The translations under genes and the position numbers were made by a program. The notes beneath the pieces are model-generated. The model did not search any database. It had not been told where the DNA came from and saw nothing but the letters and a program-made list of their open reading frames with translations. Positions 35,626-50,261 of a stretch of 64,000 bases of DNA are shown in pieces. Location: assembly GCA_002189035.1 (NCBI GenBank), contig NEEC01000014.1, forward strand, positions 1,550,001-1,614,000, read 5' to 3'. Numbering within the stretch: the stretch's first letter is position 1; each line of letters begins with the position of its first letter. This stretch comes from Utricularia gibba. Lineage: Eukaryota > Plantae > Magnoliophyta.

Positions 35626-36241
35626 TTAGACTTTCGAGCGGGCGACGCCGCTCAAGAGGGGTGAAGGCGTCAGCCAGGAGATGGGGCATTTTAGGAACCG
35701 CGTATAAGCAGAGATTGACGATTCCGCGGCAATGTGTCCCGATGGTAACGCCGGAGCATATGTTGCCCTGGGCTCTGCGCCGCCGCCGCCGCCGCCGGGG
35801 GATGAGATGGTTGAGTGGAGGGCGTCTGCTAATCAGGGACAGCATGGGCGGGGATCCTCTGTAGACGGGAACTTGGAACCCTGGTTTGCGTACCCGTCGA
35901 TTGAGACGGCGGCGGTGGCGTTGGGAATCGCTCGTTCGCCGGCGAGCCCGTGAGCGTCTGAACCATGACGCAGAAGCCGTCAATGTTGATGTTAAACAGG
36001 CGGCTGCTGCGATTCAGGACCCGGGTTCTGCGAATTCGGGTCATAGCGATAACCCCAGAAGCAGAAGCCGCCGCAGGCGGCGAAGACAGAGGCCCCCTTA
36101 CCGGCTCCGCAATCCGGTGGGAGTTCTTGTGGAGATACCACAAAAAGACGTCACTGCGACTCCTCCAGTTGAAATTCTCTTGTCCGATTTCCAATTTCAA
36201 AGCCTGCTCGTTTGCTGTTTGCAAGACTAGCGTTCAACCAT
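35626..36241 (-). pseudogene. Decayed VQ9-like (At1g78310-type) VQ-motif gene
   Basis: Minus-strand fragments in different frames match recalled VQ9-clade blocks in the right order: DVFLWYLHKNSHRIAEP, SQQPPV, NINIDGFCVMVQTLTGSPANER (35975-35946), SSRLQRI/PPML, HIAAESSISAYTRFL (35730-35692). There are at least 3-4 frame changes, and the candidate ATG at 36241 is followed by TAG at codon 5. Confidence 0.75.
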
Positions 36242-36678
36242 AGAGTTAGCGTATTCAAATCAATGAATACGGGCGTGTGAGAGTAATGTCATAACAAAAA
36301 GACATTGAAATGCACCAAGAGGAAGATGGGTTTGCTATTATTTTACCGGGGAATCCATTGCCATGTACAAGGGGGTTCTCTTATATGCATGCATACATGT
36401 ACTCAACAAGCGCAAGAACTGTGACTGGTAAAGAGGAACCTGCATCCGGCATTCCACCACAACACTCTCATGCACCTTCTGCAAAAAACGTGAACTATAC
36501 ATCATTGCACTGGCCCTCTGAGTGTCACCCTGTAGATCCATCGCATTCAGTGGTTAGTAACCAAGCCTTTTTCATGACCTTGTCTACAGTCATAAACGAA
36601 ACTTTGAATAGCTATTGCGGAAATAAAGAGAACAAGATACCAGTTCAGAAGGTCGCAATAACAGGAGAGGAGCAAGCA

Positions 36679-39600
36679 CTAGGTCTGCGTACACTCAAAT
36701 GGTTGAAAATTCCCATCCGTGAACTCATGCACTCGGAACCTCTCAAGGATCTCGTAGGGCCTGCAGTAACAGAGAGTGAAACTGCAGAGCATCAATAAGC
36801 CTTGACAGAGAAGCAGAGGAAACAAAATCTTAATCCCTAATCTCAAGTAACAATTGAGGAGCAGGCAACAAGGCTTTTTCGTTTCTGTGTTTTCCTTGCT
36901 TTGGGTGCGTGTTGGTGAGCAGAATAATGTGTGCAAACTCCAAGGGAAATTATGATGAAATGAAATGTGTATCACTGACAGCATGGCTTCATGAGTTTGG
37001 CATAATCTGCGTTGATTTTCTTGCATAACATCCAAGGGGTTTGATGCCTCGGGTCCCGCAGCTCCCGCAGCCACAATAGAGGATACAGGAGAAGTAGGAG
37101 TCCAAATCTGTCTCCAATAATCAGGGGATAAGCTGTCTCGTTGCCATAAACAGTACAAACTAACAACCACTACCTTTATGGTGTTATCAATACCACTTGT
37201 TGCAACAGTGCAATCATACGGATGTCCTTGGATACAATTGACAACTGTAAAAAATGAGGATCGACTATATGAGAGATGACAAGAGGAAAAATGAATGATT
37301 GGGGAGGAATTGAAAATGTACCTGCATCATCCCCACGCAACATCTTAATCAGCCGACCAGTTTTCTTTTCCCATATAAGCCATCTACCGTCATCACTTCC
37401 ACTAGCTATATATTCACCTGAAAAAGAAGAATAAAATGGTAATGTATTGCTCGCCATAGCCAATTCCAGAGTTCCTCCTAGATTACAAAACTAATTTCAC
37501 TAATTCTTCATTTTTTTAAAACATTTCGGTATTTTGGAATATCAGAAAGATGGATGAAAGAAACGTTAAGAGGCAAAGGTTTGCCAAATTTTCACTCAAT
37601 AAAGTGGGGCCTGGAAAACAATTGCGTAAAATTTTACCTCTTTGACCAAGAAAACTCGCTTGTTTTATATCTGTACCGATATTACAATGGCCAACATATC
37701 TCTGCTTCATATCTATAGCCCTCTCCGGCTGCAAAATAAACATACAAACTTATACAACAAGGGAAGAGTTAAAGCTTTCCTAATAAACAGGTGACACGGG
37801 ATAAAAACCTTGACTAAAAAGGTGAAAAATAAGATCAGGGGTTCAAACCCAAGAGGTGGCATGCGTTTGTTTGAAATTTCTATTTAAAAAAGATGGGGTG
37901 ATTTGGAAAACTCCAGTGCAATTTTAAGGTCACATCAAAACTTCAAACTTAGTAACCAGAAGGAAGTGACAAGTGACAACCATTGGCACCACGCATCGTG
38001 TCTAGGATGAGTTTCTGAGCCAGGGGGAACATGGTAAAACTTGCATTCAACCGCATGAGTGGGAATAAAGATTTTTAGTAGATATGTGGTCATGCATTTC
38101 CGTGGTTCTTTTTCTAGTTTAAAAATAACGCAGAGCTATGGCATAAACCTAGTAGAGTATGCTTCTCAAACATTAAAATATAGAGCACAGACCTTCAATG
38201 CATGATTGTGCCAGCAAGAAGAAAAGCTAACCTGATAAGGCTCTTCAGCATTCTCGCAGGACAAACCAGAAAAACTGGAAGGGCCATTACGCCTTGCAAC
38301 ATCGGATGCTGTGCCAATTCTACTGAGGAATCTGAACCTTAGGCTTCTAGGAAGTATGTTATTTTCCAAATCATCACCTAATTCGGCAGATATCATTGTT
38401 TCATGGCCTGCTTCATGGTCCTCATCCTCGAGGCCATCCAATGAAGCATCATCATTTTCTATACCGTAAATTATATCGCTAACAGAAACCAATGTCCCTG
38501 CCTGATAATTTCTCGTAGATGTTCCATCGCCTTCCATACCACCCTTTTCAGCTTCAGCTATTAATCAGGAGCAAGATGTTTTTCACAAAATCAGAAGGGA
38601 AACCATGCTACATTACCATCAGATAAACATGTTATGACAAGAAGATTTATTGCAATATATTTTATCCTCATGATTGAGAAATTTCGGGCGAGTCACTGAA
38701 ACAAGGGTCATATCAGTAGGAAACCATTTTCTGACAAAAAAAGGCAACTTGTGGTTTTAGGCAGCCAGCACACATCAGATTCTTCTCAAAAGAATGAGAA
38801 TGGGAATGAAAAAGTTATTTAAACAAAAAAGTCTCCAGGTTTAATCAATATCAAGTCATGATTCAAACACGGATAAATTACACAATAACTTCATTGAAAC
38901 TGGCCATAAAATAAATTGGTTGGTAATTAGAATTCAAAATACAAACCACATAAAATACCAACCAGCAGCAATAGTCTTTTTAATAATTTCCACCTTCTCC
39001 ATGACATCAGCATCAGTTGGCGCCAGAGATAGGGCTAAAGAAGCAAATTCCAATGCTTCCTCATGCTTATCTAGCTGAGCAGAAGAAACAACGAAAATAT
39101 GACCAAATATGGTAGTTCAGTACATAATACAAAATAAATCTAACGTGAAAAACAATGGCATTATAAACCCTGTCATGGTAGGACGAAAAAAGAACACTAC
39201 TGTGAATGAATCTAAGAAAAGAAGTTATTGTCTTGAACTTATACGACTTTATTAGAAAAAGGAACTAAGACGCCACTTTACCATGAATAAAGCATCGACA
39301 ATCAAAATGAGGGCTCTGGTTGAAGAGGGATTGATTTTCAAAGCTCTTTTACAATCTCTAATAGCCATTTGTGAATCATTTCTCCATCCACGCTGTAAAA
39401 CAAAAGAACAATGAATTACAACAGAAAAAAAAAATAAAAACAACCAACCGATCAAACTATAAAGAAGTAGGTCGCAAGAGACCTTAAGAAACAAGGATGC
39501 ACGGGTGCACAAAGCTTCATGCATCATATCACTGCTGATTTTTTTACCATAATAGTCCAGAATCTCGTTACAGGCCTCAATTCCATAAAAATAATTTGTT

Positions 39601-42600
39601 TCTTCTTTAAGGGACATCTCAACAATCTGGATGAACTTTCTGCACCTATCATCGATCTAAAAGAAGTATTTATGTAAGTAGGAATAGGATCAGCCCATTC
39701 AGTTATAGAAAACTTACTTCACATAGTACTACTATTCAGGAAGGAAGCATACCGTAGAGGCACCTCTGTTTCTTGGAAGGAACTCATTAAAAGATAACCC
39801 AGGAGACGGTATGCATGCTTCATCTCCACCGATTACTGAACTCAAGCTGAAAATCTTTGAGACATCCCTTGAAGTGTAACTCATTTTATAGGCAGAGGCT
39901 GCTAAAGGACATTCAGTGAGGATGTATTATAACCTCCGGTTTAACTTAGCTAACCACATTTGTCATTTGTAAAATGCCCAAATAACTTCATAACAACAAA
40001 CTTTTCCAATATGTCTCAACATAGGAAAAGACTCCAGCCATTAAAAATCAAGCACTCGAAGACAAAGGTAAGCGTTTCTCAGAAAAAAAAAACCCACCCT
40101 TCTCCATTACCAAGAAATAATTTAATTATTAAAATCACTGCTGAAAAAGTTAGATTCAGCGCTCAGATAAAACCAGAAAAAAAATCCACCTGTTTTCTCT
40201 AAAGCTTAGAATTTTATTAGCAACATCAGAAACGTTAAAGCTAATACAAGGACAAACCAAGATTGGCATCCATCAGGTACACGTACTCTCCACTGTAACT
40301 AAGAAGAACCTCCTCTCCACTAGGACTGAATGCAACATGGGTAAGATGTAAGCTAGAGCTTCCCTGCGTAATAGGGTCGCACATATTCAAAAGTGGGTTT
40401 TACAATGAGAAATAAATAGTTCTCAATACAGATGTTAAAAAAAACACTATTAAATTTTTCCAAAGTCAAATTAAAGAATTTAACTTAGACAAAAGAAACA
40501 AGTTTAAAAGTGATAACACTGTTTATAAATAGCAATGTGGGGTAAGACAATGAATCCTAGGTAAAAGGCTATCAAACAACAGCCTGTTCTGTAAGCATGC
40601 CCTGAGAGCCCAGAATTAAATTCGAGATGTTGCTAGTGAAAAAAATCAAAAGTAAACCAACAATAGCCACCATTTACTATTTCTGCAAAGAGTTGGGTAA
40701 ACCATCCCATGAGTAGTAGTGCATATAGCCAGGAACAAGGACTAACATGATCAGAGAGATGCAGAGGGCAAAAGTAGTTCACACATGGCGGTGGTGATAT
40801 CTTTTCCTGGCTAGATGATAACTGTGGAAGCATTCTTCTATCATACAGACGGGCAAATGTATCACTGCATGCATCCAACAAAGTTATAGCCACCTGCCAG
40901 GAAGTTAGAATGAATGTAAATAACATCCACGCTGTACCTTCCACCTACAAGGAGTAAGTTTGGCCTGGTAGAGCTGATATCACAAGACTTCAGAGCAAGA
41001 CACTGCTTCGGAGGATCTTCTAGTGATTTTTTTGCCCCACGTCGCAAATCAAGCTGTAACCCAAATAGCGCACATGCCCTAAATTTCAGCATCTTATTTG
41101 CATAGTAAAGAAAAAAAAACGAAGAAACTCCAAATTCACATAAAATTTGAAGTCCCACTCCAATATTCTTCATCTTGGCACGGACCATGTGGGAAAACCA
41201 GAATACAAACCATGGTTGTGATTTCAAGTGTGGTAAAAAAAAAAATACATGTTTTTATTCAAAATATCAATGACATGCCTAGGTTCAAAAAAACAAAATA
41301 AAACTAGGCCAAACAAGATATGAGTATCCTATTGCAATCAAATTGCTGGAGGCCCATGAGAGGAATTGATAAAGGAAAAAAAAATAAACAAAGCACATTT
41401 AACATAAAAGGAACATGTAACTGACAAGGATATTACGACACTCCTGATGAGAAGATCCAGCAGGAGGACAGGAAGCACCTTCACGAAAATCATGCTGTCT
41501 CAACGTCCCATCTTCACTAGCACTCCACACCACATTACGGTTCCCAACTTCTACCTATAATAAAAATTTAAAACAAATGTATTCCCTGCAAATAACCACT
41601 TTCAAAGGCTGGAGCTTACAGCTAATTTTTTTACTCTTCGAGTATGACATCGGAAAACAGCTGAAGGGTTGGCACTCCCATCTTCCAAGCCATTCCTCAT
41701 TACACGGGATAAGTTGAAGGCACGGACCTGAGCTTCAAATAAATGGGAAAAGAAACTTTTTAGCTCAATAATTAGAGTCTGATCAATAAAATTATTTTTT
41801 TTCACAATTAACCAGATACTGAATACACATGAACACAAAGCAATACCTCCGCATCCCCAGCACCAGAAACCACTAACTCGTCAGAAGTCTCAGGTACAAA
41901 TCTTGTACAGAAAATATTAGTAGAATGACCACTCTCAATGGAGTGCATAAGCTTTTGATTTGGATAGGACCAAATATTAATCTGCATTCAACAACAACAA
42001 CTCCTTCATTGGAACACCATATAGGTCCCCAAAACAACACGAGTAAGACTTGAAAATTTTCACATCAATTGAAGTAAAGGAATCAGACATAATTACAACA
42101 CAATCAAAGAAATATTTTGCAAAGTTAAATAGAACTGTAGCGTACAACAATTCGTTTAATATTTGAATGTTGAAAGAAAAATCCAAGATTGCGTTGCAAT
42201 ATGAGAAGCCTCATTACAACCCTATATATGAGTACAACTATGCTGTAGAATAATACCCGAGTATCATCTGACCCTGATACCAACAATGAGCCATCCACGT
42301 TCCAAGCAATAGAATTCACACAGCCAAGATGCCCCTATCAAAAGAAAGAACACATGAAAATATGAGGGACATACTGAACGAAGTAAATCCAGGAGACTAA
42401 CTGACATACTATTTGGGCCATACACATACCTCAAGTTCTCTTTCCAAAGAAAGTCTTCTCAGAAGTGAGGAATGCATTTGGACATCATGATTGAAACCCT
42501 GAAAACAGAAGTATCACGTATCCAACAGATACACTTGGAGGCTCAAGCTATCCATTAATCTAACATTCTTCACAGTAGCAAGCAAAGTGGGTGTAGAAAA

Positions 42601-43060
42601 TATGAAAATATATATAATCCTTTTAACATTTAGTCTGCAAAGAAACAGAGATAAATAAAAGGAAAACCTACTGCCAGACTGAAAACCATCCTCAACAGAA
42701 AGAAGCATTCCAGTACATACTCCTAAAACAATTATTGAAGTTGTTGGAACTCCAACTTATACCTCATATCTTGCTCTGGCACTACGAATGACGTCAATCG
42801 AGAACTTACCATTCAGAACCAGAACCGCAACCAAAACACCACACGATCCGATAAAAAATCAAAAACAATCTTACCAAAATGTATTGAGTAAGCACAACAT
42901 CACCGTAGACTTATAAAACAAGAACCAATGATTAGGAGTATAAATAACCCAATCCAACAGAGAAAATGAGGGAGAAAAGCAATACACGACGAGAGTGGCG
43001 AATACGACTGTTGATCAAGTCGGTGATGTTGCCGTCGTGAAAGCCAAACGAGTGATCCAT
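36679..43060 (-). CDS. ASG2: WD40 + TPR protein, ASG2 (ALTERED SEED GERMINATION 2)/WDTC1-like DCAF
   Basis: FHDGNI N-terminus, ELEGHLGCVNSIAWN, SGSDDTRINIW, VWSASEDGTLRQHDFRE, LHLTHVAFSP, TPR-like region (AIRDCKRALKINP), YVGHCNIGTDIKQASFLG, YIASGSDDGRW, VATSGIDNTIKIW and C-terminal FECTQT*. All junctions checked were GT-AG. Confidence 0.9.
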
Positions 43061-43522
43061 CGTCCCCAAAGCCCGACAAGTCGCCCGAATGTCACGACGC
43101 CCCAAAATCTTTAAGCTTGGAGATCGGTGATTCCATTTCACAAGCCCAAGGAACTTGTGCTGTTCGATGTTGCCTTCGTCCTTCCACCGCCCTGTAAGCA
43201 AATGGTTTCAGTGATCGCAATTATTTATGAGTTAAGTATTTGGATACAACCCTTTACAGTTTTGCCCTCAATTTCCTGGGAAAATTCGAATAAAGAGTCT
43301 CCCCAAATGGCGGTTACTGAATGCAAGATCTTCTTTCTCGTCTCGGATTAACATCGCATCAGAGCGCCGGAAATGTATTCTTCCGGCCGGCGGAGCGCAT
43401 ACAACCAGAAGATCCACAACAACAATTTATTCATTTCGACGTAAATTTACGGAGGAACCGGCACAACACACACCGAAGGAACCCCCTGAATGCGGGGGGT
43501 TTACAAACAGATATTACAACGG

Positions 43523-46500
43523 TCACGTCGGCTGGTTCTCTTTCCCGTCCTTCCTTCTTCCATCTTGGAAAGAGTTTTCTAGTGCTGAATTGCTGGTATC
43601 AACATTTCCCGGCTCAGTCGTGTTCCTATCTTTGAGCTGATTATCACCCGTCGAAGTGGAGCGTAATGCTCGTGGCAGCTTTAAAAGAACATCAGCTTCT
43701 CCGTTTGTTTTTTGCAGTTGAGGTGGCAAATCAACATTCTGATCTTGAGGTTGAGGCAGAGGAGCAGGTACTAGCTGAATTACTGACTTGCGCCACTTCT
43801 TCCGGGCGTTTGGTTTTGGTATGTTAGACCGTGCCTGATGTGATGGAAGGAAAGAAAACAAGATCAATGAACTGTTGCAAGGATGTATCACTAAGATGTG
43901 GGAGAAACAATTAGTACTTACAAGGTTATTCCCAATGTCTGATAGTGGCCTTCTGGCAGTGCCATCAGCATGAGTGTCGGGAACCTTCTCACATAAAGCA
44001 TTTTGAAGCAGTATTGCACCTTGGAAAGCAAGTTCATGTCTTTTCTTGGTACCGTCCAAATTTCCATGAATCTCTTCAGCATCTTGCTCTACCACATCTT
44101 TAGTGATTGGATTCTCTCTGTTACTGCATCTGGAAGGCTCACATGAACACGAAAATGTACACATGTCACATGCAGCTCGACACTCACATCTTGATGTTTT
44201 ACATGACGAAGTTTTGCTGCATGAGCAACAGGATCCTTCTTTCAGGGATAGTGGAGCCAGATTTTCAGGATCTTTCACTTTCCTGGCTTTCCCCTTTCTT
44301 TTCCTGTCGTTTGTCAATTCCCACTCCACATCCTCATCTTGAGAATGGTTGGAAAGTTCAGTCTGATCATCTTCCGAGGTATCCATGTCTTCCAGTGACT
44401 CAGATCCAAATACACCACTGCCTGAAATGGACTTGCGATATCCCTAAAAACATCATGCAGAAATTAAAAATTATGCATGTGAGTTCAAAGCATTGAATTC
44501 ATCACGAACCTTAAACCGCAAGTCATATGCATGTCCCCCAATACCGTTTCTGGAAAAAAATTCTGAGTTTAATTTTTGAGATCCACCAGATGTCCCTTCC
44601 ATTGCCAATTTCTGTTAGGATCATTAAATTAATACTCGAACCAAAATCAACTTTTAACATGCCAACAGAAACAATTACAAGAAGGTGGCAGTCACTCACG
44701 ATTAGTTTCTCTTTGTGATTGAGTTCAGCCTTTTGCTGTTCCATCTGCCTTACGAGCTTGACTACCTTTTCCTTTAAATCTCCAATTTCTGAATCCTTCT
44801 CTAGACAGTCGCATTCTCTATCACTTAGTCGGCATCTAAATAAGTAGACATGATTAAGAGATTGTTAAAAACCAAAAGAATATGTATGTTGCTATTCTTA
44901 AAAGACACTTAAAAAGCCATGCCATAATACCTAGAAGATGCAGCAAGGCTAAACAAAAAATCCATTATATGTTTTGCCTCGACCATAGAACGAACTTGGT
45001 TCCATCTTCCTTTGCCACTAAATGCACGCTCACGCTCCTCCGCTTCAGATAAGTGAGATGCCATTGAAACGAGAGCACTTGAAGATGTGGCAAGCATATT
45101 TTCAAGAGCAAAAATCCTTGAGTTCCTTGCACCAGGAGACATTTCTTGTGGGAAATCTCTGCAATAGAGCAAATCAAAACTTTACAGATAAATCATATTT
45201 ACCTAACATCAATGACCACTTTGCTGCCGAAAAATAATTGGAAAATAAAAAAGGGAAGCAGAAAGGCGAAACCCGAACCTCTGTTGCTTTGTGATTGATA
45301 CTTCTTCTTTCAGCCTTGCAATCTCTTCGGCCATTTTCGTCCTCCTGTGAGAATAACATAAATGAGTCTAAAATAAGACAATACTGTTAAATTGTCACAC
45401 TCATGCAAAAGCACTTACTCATTCATTTGTCGTTCATGCTTTGAACGCACCTCATGTACGCCAACAGTAACCTCGAGCTCATGCTCAATGTTTCGGATTA
45501 ATGTCTTTAGTTTAAAAAAAATGGATTACCTATCTTATTTAAAAGAAAGAAGGTCCTACTTGAATTGAACCAATTCAGAGAAAGCTCACCTGAACGCCTG
45601 GACCTTTATTACCTGTTTCATAGTCACGAATGCATGAGTGAATCACAAAACACATTCTCTAAAATGCATGTCAATATAATCGATTCTAACCAGTTATTTC
45701 ACGTGAAGCTTTCCTAGACTCCAGCAATTCTTTAAGACGTTTGGTAGCCATGGCAGCCTCCTCGGTCTTTCGCTGTAAGACCTGCAAATCCTCATATATC
45801 ATAACATAAAACTAAAAAAAATGCATGGTATGTTGGTGAAAGAAAAGCAAATTTTTACTTGTTTCTGCCTTTGGTTGAGTGCAAGAAGCTTATGCATCTC
45901 ATACTCATTTCTTCTTCCCTCTTTCTTTAGCTATAAATAAAAGAATGTGAAAGTAAAAATTTACTCAGCACTAAGAAGTTGCAACAGTAGAGTTTCCGTC
46001 TTATAAGCAGAGACTTCTTTGAACAAATGAAGCAGAGATACAATGGAAACATCCTTTTATATCTGCACTATGATAAATAAATATGGGTTGTGGAGAACCT
46101 GAAGCACTTCTTTTTCCCTAGTTGCTTTCCAAAGCCTGAATTGCTCAGATTCTTGTTTTATCTTTTGTTGTAGTTGAACCTTAACATGTGAAGTGCCATC
46201 AATACCACGCCTGAATACTGAGATTAAAAACTCATTTAAAACTTGACGGCAATACCCATACCTTTTGAGTTTTTATTCTCAGAATCTCATCCTGAAGTCT
46301 TTTCGCTGCTTCATCACTTTTTTGTTTTTGCCGCAACAGTTGAGCTTGGGCATCTTGTTTCTTCTTCAATTCAGCCACCTGTAAAGGACGTGAAGATTTA
46401 AATAAAAATGAACAAAAATTGACTAAAAGAAAAATTATTGGAACCTACATGGTTCTCAAGAACATTGAGTTTTTGAAGATACTCTTCTTTCAATTTCTGG

Positions 46501-49500
46501 GCACTGTCACCAGAATTTGAAGAGATGTTGGCGAGACTATTCTTAAGTTCATCAATTTCTTTCTGAGGAAACAAAAACAACATTGCATATGGGTCCGCAT
46601 AAACAAGAATATAAAGCAACCAAAAAAATCTGACTACCTGCAAGGCTTTCTTTTCTTGTTCCAAATCTTGAACCTTTTTTTCGTAGTGTTGCTTCAGTAT
46701 TGATGTGTCAGAACCCATAAATCGCTTCATTTCAGCCTATGGGTGACAAATAGACATGGAAGGAATAGATTGCATCATATATATTTATTATGCAGTCTAT
46801 ATATCATACTACAGCTCAAGAATAATTCTCATTTTTCTCAGCAAACAAGGAAACAAGACAATTTAGTAACTATAAAAAACTGCAAACACTGATAAAAATG
46901 GCATATAAAATTCATCTGTTTATGACCAGTTGCGAAATATCTATAAACCATCAAAACATTTAAATCACATACCAAAGAGACAATCAATTGAGTCTACTGA
47001 CCCAAAGGAAAGTTTATAAAAAGAGAGGTTTCAGGAGGAAAACGATACTAGAAAGTAAGGATATTGGCAACGAAGAGGAAACAACACTTCAATAGGCCTG
47101 AAGTACCATCCATATACCTCTTTCAGTTCAAGCCTTTTGTCCAGTTCTTTGAGTTCTCTGTCCATTCTCTCCTGAAGAGAAGAATGCTCAAGCTCTTTTT
47201 CATCAACTTCCGCAACGTCTAGGGTAAGTTTAAAATATAAATCTTTACAAAACCAGGAGGAGCGAAGTAATAGTTATCTTATTCAATTGGAACAACAATC
47301 CCATGAGACTTCTTAAGACGAGAAATAGTGACAACGAGTTGGCATACAAGAATAGTTTCTAATGAAGCACATTACCTGCTTCAAAATGTTTTTCATCAGA
47401 CTCGGTGAAGCAAGGGTTCTCAGAACGAGATCCATGATCCTCAGGATCATTATAATCAGCAGGGTAATCAATCCCTGGATGGTATACACTTTGGATTTTC
47501 AGGAGGTCACATTCAATTTTTCTAGAAGCATGAGTTTTCATTAGATTGAGTTCCTGAAAGGTGGTAAAAGATTCAGTCATTGTTAGATGGTGAATTATAC
47601 GACAGGCTACTAGGTATTGGAAATTTAAGTGCGAAAAAGCCAGAATAAACCTTATCAGATTCAAGATCAGTTTCACTGAACGTCCTGCCAAGTTCACCAC
47701 CTTTGATACTCAAGAGCAGCCTATCTCGTTCCACCTAAAAAATAAACAGTTCCTCCATGTAGAGCAATTAATTCCCCAAATTCAATAAATTCATTCAGAC
47801 CAAAGATTTGGTGCCAACCTGAGCATCTATAGCAAGCTTCCTCATGTGTTCATTACTTGTTTCCAACAATAATATTTGCTGCTTAAGAATCTGAAAATAA
47901 ACAGTCAACACAGGAGCTTACATACTGGTAACCATGGTATACATTAAAGCATTTGCACACAAATAAAGTAACAAACGCATGCAATATAAATATGTATGTT
48001 ATGTAGTGTGAAATTTCAGATGAATTGTGAAGCAGATTATCTGATCATAGAAATAAGCGAAGTGCATAAACCATTAGTGTTGCTATACTTCAATTTCTTC
48101 AGCTGGAGCACATGAGTCCCCACGAAAATAAAGCAACTCTGTTTGAAGTTGTTCAATTTGGCTTCGCATTCTTTGTATTTGAGCTGCAACAGGGTCATGA
48201 TTGACCTGCAGAAAGATGAAAAGAAGTTAAACCCAATAATTCTTCATAGAAACAAAAACAAAAAGAATGCTGACAAAAAATACCAAGAGAGTATAATCTT
48301 ACTATGGCTTTATTCTGAATGTTTCGGGCACGATTCGCATACTTCAGTGTGTTAAGTGTTTCTTCAGTGTTTGTGTCAGCTGGACTAATGCAAGCTATAA
48401 AAAAACGGAATCACAATAGCGCCCCAACCAATATTAAGAAATGAGATAGGCTGGGTTAAGGAACCTACCAATCATGATTGTTTTGCTGTTTCCACCAAGA
48501 GAATCCTGCATATTCACATTATTTGACAATTACACAATAATTTTAAACTTTCAAAACTTTCAGCAAATCATCCATCCTTAAAAACAACAGAAGTTGGAGA
48601 ATCATATTTACTTGCAAAATGCGGGTTAATTTGCTATCCCGATATGGAACATGACCCCCTTCTTTTCGTTTCTTTTCATCCCCTAGAGCACTAATGACAT
48701 TGCCAAGTGCTAACAAACCCTTGTTGATGTGAATGCCTAAAGGAAAGCAGAAAACAAAGATCTGAATCAGCTTCTCCATCCAACCATTAGCCAACTAAAG
48801 AAAAAGGCAACAGAGAGTTTAAAGCAACAACAGCATTACAATCACATACTGCATGAAAGTTCCAATCAACCATCAATGTGAATCAAATAACGTTATCTCA
48901 ATATTCAAAAGACTTAACAAATTAAATAAATTCATGGCATCATAACTATTCGCACAAAGTATTACCTTCTTGTAAACGAGTGCCATCCGCACCCGTTCGT
49001 TTTGCTCGCTCAGAGCCTGCAAGATCAACTAGATGAAGCTTTGCGAAAAGGACATCATCAACAGAGCCATCTCCAGATGTCGGAGATATTCTCCGTTGCT
49101 CCATCAAGATGGTGAAAATAGCATGTGAACGACTGTTTCAACAAGAAAATGTCGAGTGAGTAAGGATAGAAATAGAACCAAGTACTAGGATTAACACCAC
49201 TAAAAAAGGAATCTCTCCAAATATACATCCTGAGTACATTTATTTCCTCAAGCATCTATTCCAGTAGCATTTTACAAGAAATACAAGCCAGATACATATA
49301 ACGAACATTGAAAGTCGAATAAGCATACCTTGATTGGCTATTCATGTTTGTGCTCCCTGTAGCACGAGTTAGTGATCCCTGCAACAGATATGAAGCCATC
49401 TCTTCTTTCGTCCTAACCTCTGCCTCAGTCACCCCCGAAAGTGTGATTTCCCCATTCAACTTTTCTCTAATCTGAACAGGAACTCTTGACGGCCCAGAGG

Positions 49501-50261
49501 CCTTTGAGTCTAGCAAGTCAAATACCTCTTCCATGAAGATCTACAGGTTTATGGAAGACTCTATATGAAATAACTCGAAAAACAAGTTACAGTATGAAGC
49601 ACACTAAAAATATGGTGCCATATCAGAGATTTCCGAACAATGCAATAAACAGGAATTTTAAACAACCTCAATGAAAGAAACTCTAATGAGAAATTCAGTG
49701 GACTCCCTCATACTCTTTATCCTAGAGAAAATGCTGTCCATGACCTTAGGTAGCACACCATTAACACGCTCTTCACCATTATAATTGGTACCCATGGTAT
49801 ATGTCTTCCCAGAACCAGTCTACAGATAAATTAAAAAATTTTAAGGACAATGAGGTTGATAAAAGAATGAAGTCAAACCATATTCAAATGATGTAAAGAT
49901 CAGGGACCTGTCCATATGCAAGCACGGTTCCATTGTATCCATGAAAAAGCCCATCAATAAGGGGCGCAACACAATCATAAACAATTCCTGATGATGGATC
50001 TCCCTTACTACCATAGATGTAATCGAACGTGAAGGCATGAGATCCTATTTGAACCTTTTGGTCATCCAATTCCAGCAATTAAAAAAAATCATCAATTGGC
50101 AAAAAGAAACACAACAACTCCATAAGTTAATTGGACGAAGTTCAAACCTGTTTCTCAGATGGATAAACAGAAACGCAATCTGTACAACCCAAAAGAAGCT
50201 CAGATGTGACAAGTGGTCTGACATTAACAGCAACCTTCACATTTTGCGAAGACTCATCCAT
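43523..50261 (-). CDS. KIN4C: Kinesin-4 family motor KIN-4C (chromokinesin type with C-terminal Cys-rich CXC domain)
   Basis: [13 protein letters not shown]|[10 protein letters not shown] (P-loop), NSQSS|[29 protein letters not shown], coiled-coil exons, [34 protein letters not shown]...CSNRE, terminal KENQPT*. Confidence 0.92.

Noticed and set aside
35880-36010. + strand reading with AP2/DREB-like fragments (YPSIETAAVA, RERLN, DVKQAAAA)
   Set aside because: The N-terminal half of the AP2 domain is absent, and the - strand VQ9-like reading explains the region with five ordered motifs.
36310-36798. 162-aa + strand ORF
   Set aside because: Antisense to the ASG2 last exon and 3'UTR; no known motif.
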